Of a DNA stretch of 19,671 nt, positions 15,211-19,671 are shown piece by piece (the stretch's first letter is position 1; each line of letters starts with the position of its first letter). Source of the stretch: Candidatus Heimdallarchaeota archaeon (GTDB lineage Archaea; Asgardarchaeota; Heimdallarchaeia; Heimdallarchaeales; Kariarchaeaceae); the NCBI GenBank assembly GCA_015523565.1, contig WAKA01000179.1, positions 1 to 19,671 of the forward strand, written 5' to 3'. Under the pieces are notes generated by a model, which made no database searches, was not told the DNA's origin, and was given only the letters and a program-made list of their open reading frames with translations. Both the position numbers and the translations under genes were made by a program.

Positions 15211-16356
15211 TTGAGAATCGCGATATTGACTGATACCTATTATCCCATTTATGACGGTGTGGTAAGATTTGTTGAATATCTTGCAAAAGCCTTGAGGGAT
15301 TATGGACATACTCCGATAATAATTGCCCCTAGAATTCCTTCCTTGTTCTATAAGGGGGACGAGAGGCATGAACCCGGTATTGGTCAAATACGTGTCCCTG
15401 TGCTTCCAGTGCCAATCAAGGAATATTTTGCAACATTCCCGTCACCTCGCATGCTGGTTGCCCTAAAAAGTTGCGATTTGATTATCATTAACTCTCTCAG
15501 TTGGACATCAATCTATGCCATGGGAATAAACAAATTATTCAAAAAGCCAGTTTACCAATTTGTCCATCATGACGAATTTGAATTGGCCCGGCTTGTTTTC
15601 AAGTTCTCCAAACCTGTTGTGGATTTTTTCATGGGTCTTGTCACCCATCTTACACTAAGTATGGATAGGTATGCAATTGCCACAAACAAATTTTATGAGA
15701 AAACCCTAAGATTTCATGGAGACCCCAAGAAAATCTTCCGTGTGCCTTTTGTGTATGAAAAACAGGATGTCGATGAGAAATTAATAGAAGAGTTTAGACA
15801 AACAGTTGGAATTCCAAAAGGCAACAAGGTTCTTCTCTATCTTGGACGTCTCGCCAATGAAAAGAATACACCTGTTGTTTTTGAGGTCTTAAAACATTTT
15901 TCCGAAATTCCTGGCATAAGTTGTCTCATGGTTGGGCGAGGTTATCATCTTCAACCATTGCGTGATCGGGTGAAAAAAGAGAAACTAAAGGTCATATTGA
16001 CCGGAAGACTTCATGACAAATTTCTTCCTGCTGTCTATACGCTGGCTGACATGCTTGTCACTCCCACTTTCCATGAAACCCTCTGTTTCACTGTTGTGGA
16101 AGCCTTGAACTACCATACTGTGCCTGTAGTAAACGGAAGGTATCACGAACCTTCACTTACAGAGGAAAACACAATTTTCATCAAGGACATTACTGACAAG
16201 GATGAGATCATAGACAAAATATCCAATGTCCTTTTCAATGAAGAAAAACTTGCACAAATGCAAAAAAACACGGAGACTGCCGCGGCCTACCATTCATATG
16301 AATCTTTTGCAAAAATCTGGGCTGAAGAAGTTGCAAAAGTGAAACAAAAGGAATGA
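15211..16356 (+). CDS. Glycosyltransferase family 4 (GT-B), similar to diacylglycerol alpha-glucosyltransferase-like enzymes
   Basis: N-terminal MRIAILTDTYYPIYDGVVR, LYLGRLANEKN and the E-x7-E motif ETLCFTVVE. TTG start. Confidence 0.88.
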   Translation: MRIAILTDTYYPIYDGVVRFVEYLAKALRDYGHTPIIIAPRIPSLFYKGDERHEPGIGQIRVPVLPVPIKEYFATFPSPRMLVALKSCDLIIINSLSWTSIYAMGINKLFKKPVYQFVHHDEFELARLVFKFSKPVVDFFMGLVTHLTLSMDRYAIATNKFYEKTLRFHGDPKKIFRVPFVYEKQDVDEKLIEEFRQTVGIPKGNKVLLYLGRLANEKNTPVVFEVLKHFSEIPGISCLMVGRGYHLQPLRDRVKKEKLKVILTGRLHDKFLPAVYTLADMLVTPTFHETLCFTVVEALNYHTVPVVNGRYHEPSLTEENTIFIKDITDKDEIIDKISNVLFNEEKLAQMQKNTETAAAYHSYESFAKIWAEEVAKVKQKE

Positions 16357-16411
16357 TTTTTTCAAAGCCCCCTGTAAAATATTTTTTTAATGCCTATAAA
16401 ATCTTGACTTA

Positions 16412-16864
16412 ATGACTGAATCCGTCCTTATAGATTCAAGGAAAACATATGTCATCGTTCTCATTACCGGGATTCTCAATTTATTGATTACCTTTCCTTT
16501 TCTTGGTGCATTTTTACCACTTCCTGGGTTTGCATTTGTGGCATTGACTCTTAGATGGCTTAAAACCCGTTCAAAACAGGGAATGAAACTCGCACCGATT
16601 GCCGTCATTGTGGATCTGGCATCATATCTAGGCTTTTCAAGTGTAGCGGCAGGCAGAATTCCACAATGGTACTTAACAATAAAAGTCATTAGTTGGATTG
16701 CCCTTATTGTCATCTTCTTTGTCATAAGATGGGAATTGAGCATCATTCCTCGACCTGTTGTTGAATTGAATGATGAAGAGGCACGCCGTGCCCGAAAGGC
16801 ATTGAAAACCAGGGACCCTGACGATATCATGGCTATCAGTAAAATAAAAGGTTGGTCTTTCTAA
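16412..16864 (+). CDS. Hypothetical membrane protein (3-4 TM helices, charged C-terminal tail)
   Basis: 150 aa, hydrophobic segments followed by ELNDEEARRARKALKTRD. Co-oriented between the GT4 and PlsC-like genes. Confidence 0.7.
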   Translation: MTESVLIDSRKTYVIVLITGILNLLITFPFLGAFLPLPGFAFVALTLRWLKTRSKQGMKLAPIAVIVDLASYLGFSSVAAGRIPQWYLTIKVISWIALIVIFFVIRWELSIIPRPVVELNDEEARRARKALKTRDPDDIMAISKIKGWSF

Positions 16865-16912
16865 TATACTTGTAAAAGAAATTCATTTAATCCCCATTTT
16901 CCCTGATCAAAC

Positions 16913-17764
16913 ATGGAACCCCCTGCCATGGAAATTGAAGATGACTTGGATGATTACAGATCTTCAGACAAGCTGAGAATACAACAATGGCCCCCAAAAT
17001 ACAGGAATGGTCAAGTTGGTACTGATCCAGGCACCTTTTACAAGACTGCCAAGGCAATCCTACAAGGGATAGGTCGGACTTTCTATCATCCCAAATACGA
17101 GAACGAATGGGTTCTAAGGAAACTGGAGGAAAAAGGAAAAGGCTTTATCTTTGCATCCAACCACGATTCTGGCTATGACCCCATTGTCCTTATTGGCAGT
17201 TACAAGGGAAAAATGTATATCTTAGCTCTAGACAATCCATGGTGGGACATCAAGATCATCCGTTCCTTTATGGAAAAAGTGGCCATTATTCCAGTGGCTT
17301 GGCGCGGGAACAACGAATCAATGCAGGTGGCGATCAGAATCCTGAAAAGCAATTATGCACTTCTTGTTTTCCCTGAAAGCAACTTTGTGCATAAACGCAG
17401 AAAAATCTATGGAAGAACTGGTGTTGCTGTCATGGCGGCCAAGACTGGTGCACCTATCTTGCCTCTAGGCATAAAAGGGGTTGATTTCCGGCATTTCCTT
17501 GACTTTTTGCCTCCACTGACGTATAGGCTTACTGTGAACTACTCTACCCCCCGAATTGTGAAAGATGAATTCCGTATCGGTGTTGATGATGTTCTTGACA
17601 AAACAGTGGCTCGAGGCATCACGGATGAAATCATGTATGAAATCAGGATGGCGTCAAACTATAACGGGCTCCTCAAGAGGCATGCAATTGAACTGCTGAG
17701 ATATTACAAAAGCTCGAAATTCAAACACAACACGTATACCATGCCTGATCCTGATTTTGCGTGA
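16913..17764 (+). CDS. Lysophospholipid acyltransferase family protein (PlsC-like)
   Basis: Catalytic H-x4-D in FASNHDSGYD, block III VFPES (canonical FPEG), GRTGVAVMAAKTG and block IV APILPLGIKG. Confidence 0.85.
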   Translation: MEPPAMEIEDDLDDYRSSDKLRIQQWPPKYRNGQVGTDPGTFYKTAKAILQGIGRTFYHPKYENEWVLRKLEEKGKGFIFASNHDSGYDPIVLIGSYKGKMYILALDNPWWDIKIIRSFMEKVAIIPVAWRGNNESMQVAIRILKSNYALLVFPESNFVHKRRKIYGRTGVAVMAAKTGAPILPLGIKGVDFRHFLDFLPPLTYRLTVNYSTPRIVKDEFRIGVDDVLDKTVARGITDEIMYEIRMASNYNGLLKRHAIELLRYYKSSKFKHNTYTMPDPDFA

Positions 17765-17897
17765 ATTTGGCTGGGTCAATTGCCTTTCCTCACATCCGTA
17801 CCTTGATCTGATCTTCTGGGTGCTGCATGGGTAAGGATTATCATGGAACGATGAATTCTCCACAATGGTTACGGATTGATTGGCACCAAGGATATGG

Positions 17898-18959
17898 TCA
17901 TTCATATAGATTAACAATCCCTTCTTCATTAGGGGGAGGAAGTAATGCTTGGAACGCCCCTGATCTCATGAAATTTAGAAAATACATGAATATTTCTGGT
18001 GGATATGGTTTGGGAAGTTGTTCCCAATACTCTATCCAACTGTTGACATAAGAATCAAACCTTTTAACAAACTCAGGGGATTGAAGGTTTGGATTGCTTA
18101 ACCAAGAATTGGATCTTTTGGTTCCAAATCTTGCTTTTAGTTTTTGCATTTCTTTAGTGATATGAGATATAATCGGTCTTTTAGTTGGGACGCCTTCCAT
18201 CAGACCAAGAACAGAAACAATAGGTGTGAAATCGTCTATTAAAAACAGATATGAGCGTTTTATTCTTTGTCTTATCCAGTTGCAATTATCTTCAAAACTT
18301 TGATATACGTGTTCAAAATTTGAAACCAAACGGTTAATTGCCACGATTGCATTTACCCCATATTGATCAAATTTTGCAATATTTGGCTGATAAATAATGG
18401 TGTTTTTTAGATGTTCGCGTAATCTTTCATGGATGGCCACGCCGTAAATACCAGATTTCATGAAGTAATTGTTTGTTGAAATTATTAAATCTTGCAATTC
18501 GGGGTGGTTTGACTTGTAATAGATATATTTGCCGTTATTAATTACCTCATTGTCTTCAATGAATTCTTGAGTGACTGAATACATTTCTTCAAAAACAGTT
18601 TCTAAATTACGTATCTGATCAACAGTTTCTTGAGTGATATGTGGATTCTCCAGATTCAACGGTAATTTAACCGCTAATTTTTCTAAAAGATCCATTGTCT
18701 TAGTAACCTCGCTTGTGAAATGGAAACGACCTTTCATTCCAAAGTTGCGTCTTTGAAGATTTGAGGTGTTTTTCACAGTCAACAGTTCCTTCAGAGAAAA
18801 CAATATGAACGGTAAATCAGCGGGCTCCCATTTCGGCAATACCTTTACAGTCTTGGTGTTTGAGAAAATATCATATAGGATATACCCATCTCTGTTTTTG
18901 GTATATTCAAAATAAGAATCTTCACTATTGTAAGGCGAATTGGGATAAAAACAAGCCAT
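17898..18959 (-). CDS. Hypothetical protein (~353 aa, no recognised family)
   Basis: Long ORF in AT-rich DNA where chance ORFs are short, preceded by a canonical TATA box. Start is ATG 18959 or TTG 18965. Confidence 0.75.
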   Translation of the reverse strand: MACFYPNSPYNSEDSYFEYTKNRDGYILYDIFSNTKTVKVLPKWEPADLPFILFSLKELLTVKNTSNLQRRNFGMKGRFHFTSEVTKTMDLLEKLAVKLPLNLENPHITQETVDQIRNLETVFEEMYSVTQEFIEDNEVINNGKYIYYKSNHPELQDLIISTNNYFMKSGIYGVAIHERLREHLKNTIIYQPNIAKFDQYGVNAIVAINRLVSNFEHVYQSFEDNCNWIRQRIKRSYLFLIDDFTPIVSVLGLMEGVPTKRPIISHITKEMQKLKARFGTKRSNSWLSNPNLQSPEFVKRFDSYVNSWIEYWEQLPKPYPPEIFMYFLNFMRSGAFQALLPPPNEEGIVNLYE

Positions 18960-18981
18960 CTCCAAAAAAAGATGTTCCGAA

Positions 18982-18991
18982 TTTATATAAA
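18982..18991 (-). promoter_or_regulatory. Archaeal TATA box TTTATATAAA for the 355-aa orphan gene
   Basis: Consensus TTTATATA located 23-32 bp upstream of ATG 18959. Confidence 0.65.
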
Positions 18992-19142
18992 GCTGTTTGG
19001 ACTATGAATAGAAACCATTAACACATAAATTTTCTTTGAAATAAACTTGCTATTGAAATTTTTTTTATATCTAACATGATTGTATGCTTGTAATATTTTA
19101 TTCATTGTCCCAATAAAAATAAATTGCATGTCAAAAAAAAAT

Positions 19143-19260
19143 TTAAAAAATAATGGATTGTTTTGTGAATATTGGTAGGTTAAAAAAATCCTCCATTATT
19201 GTATGATTGAATCTAGCTATTTCACCATTAGATGGTCTTGCTTTTCCATATCTACTCGAT
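19143..19260 (-). pseudogene. Possible degraded IS481/IS3-type transposase (integrase core) fragment
   Basis: The minus strand reads RYGKARPSNGEIARFNHTIMEDFFNLPIF. This resembles the P-x-x-NG-x-IERFN-x-T-x-x-EEF segment carrying the final catalytic Glu, here changed to Ala. The match is short. Confidence 0.35.
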
Positions 19261-19671
19261 CCTAGTGAGAGTGGTGGTTCAATTGGTGGGGGGTTTACCA
19301 CTTATCTGATCCTGATTTTACGTAAAATGTAACATTCGCTAAATACATACCTCTAATTTTATTTTCTTTCCATTTTTACAATTTTGTATCCTGAAATGTG
19401 GAATAGGATTTTGTTTCATAGTTAAATGATTTTAGCAAAAATATTTGATTTGTTGCTTCATATTGTAATAATTATAATTGTTGACAACAGTCCTAATACT
19501 TGATTGTATTTTCGCTTTTTCACTCAATCATTCTATTTTGCAATTTAAGTGCTTCATCTTTGTTCAGACATAAATACAGACAAACTAAATCTGAAAAATA
19601 AAAAACGGATACTACTATTAAGCTAATTAATCTTCCTTTATATGTTGTTTATGAATCTAATGGAATATCTC

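Noticed and set aside
464-16830. Many short antisense or out-of-frame ORFs (e.g. 5320..5718, 7852..8349, 12225..12776, 12837..13253, 16387..16830)
   Set aside because: They lie within or largely overlap well-supported genes and read as antisense shadows with no independent motifs.
17841-17900. Possible UGA (Sec) read-through of the 355-aa gene into PYPWCQSIRNHCGEFIVP
   Set aside because: The extension is short, there is no redox-motif context and I could not identify a SECIS element; it is compatible with chance.
19271-19293. GGTGGTTCAATTGGTGG, resembling a tRNA T-arm or att site
   Set aside because: The flanks are direct copies, not complementary, so no stem forms and no tRNA is present.
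1-19671. CRISPR array, rRNA, tRNA, intact transposase or integrase
   Set aside because: No regularly spaced repeats, structural RNA signatures or full-length mobility genes were seen.

Overview
A gene-dense archaeal chromosomal segment, most likely from an Asgard (Heimdall-like) lineage. This is inferred from archaeal markers (DUF371, Trm5, TATA boxes ~25-30 bp before starts) plus a longin-like protein. From left to right it carries: the 3' end of a YHS/TRASH-domain gene missed by the ORF track; DUF371 overlapping a Trm5-type tRNA methyltransferase; a 472-aa hypothetical; fumarylacetoacetase (fahA); a tightly coupled minus-strand pair made of a UPF1/DNA2-NAM7-like SF1B helicase and a 574-aa winged-helix protein whose C-terminus looks like a Regnase-1/NYN (PIN-like) nuclease domain; a TetA-like MFS transporter; a 4-TM protein coupled to a longin plus possible DENN-like protein; a fused ADP-forming acyl-CoA synthetase; an LLM oxidoreductase; a GT4 glycosyltransferase / membrane protein / PlsC-type acyltransferase cluster; an orphan 355-aa gene with a canonical TATA box; and an AT-rich end with a possible degraded IS transposase fragment. 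The best candidate for an undescribed system is the helicase + wHTH-NYN operon (RNA surveillance or defence), whose promoter is bracketed by a perfect 9-bp inverted repeat. No rRNA, tRNA or CRISPR array was seen. All family calls are from motif recognition by eye; no searches were run.
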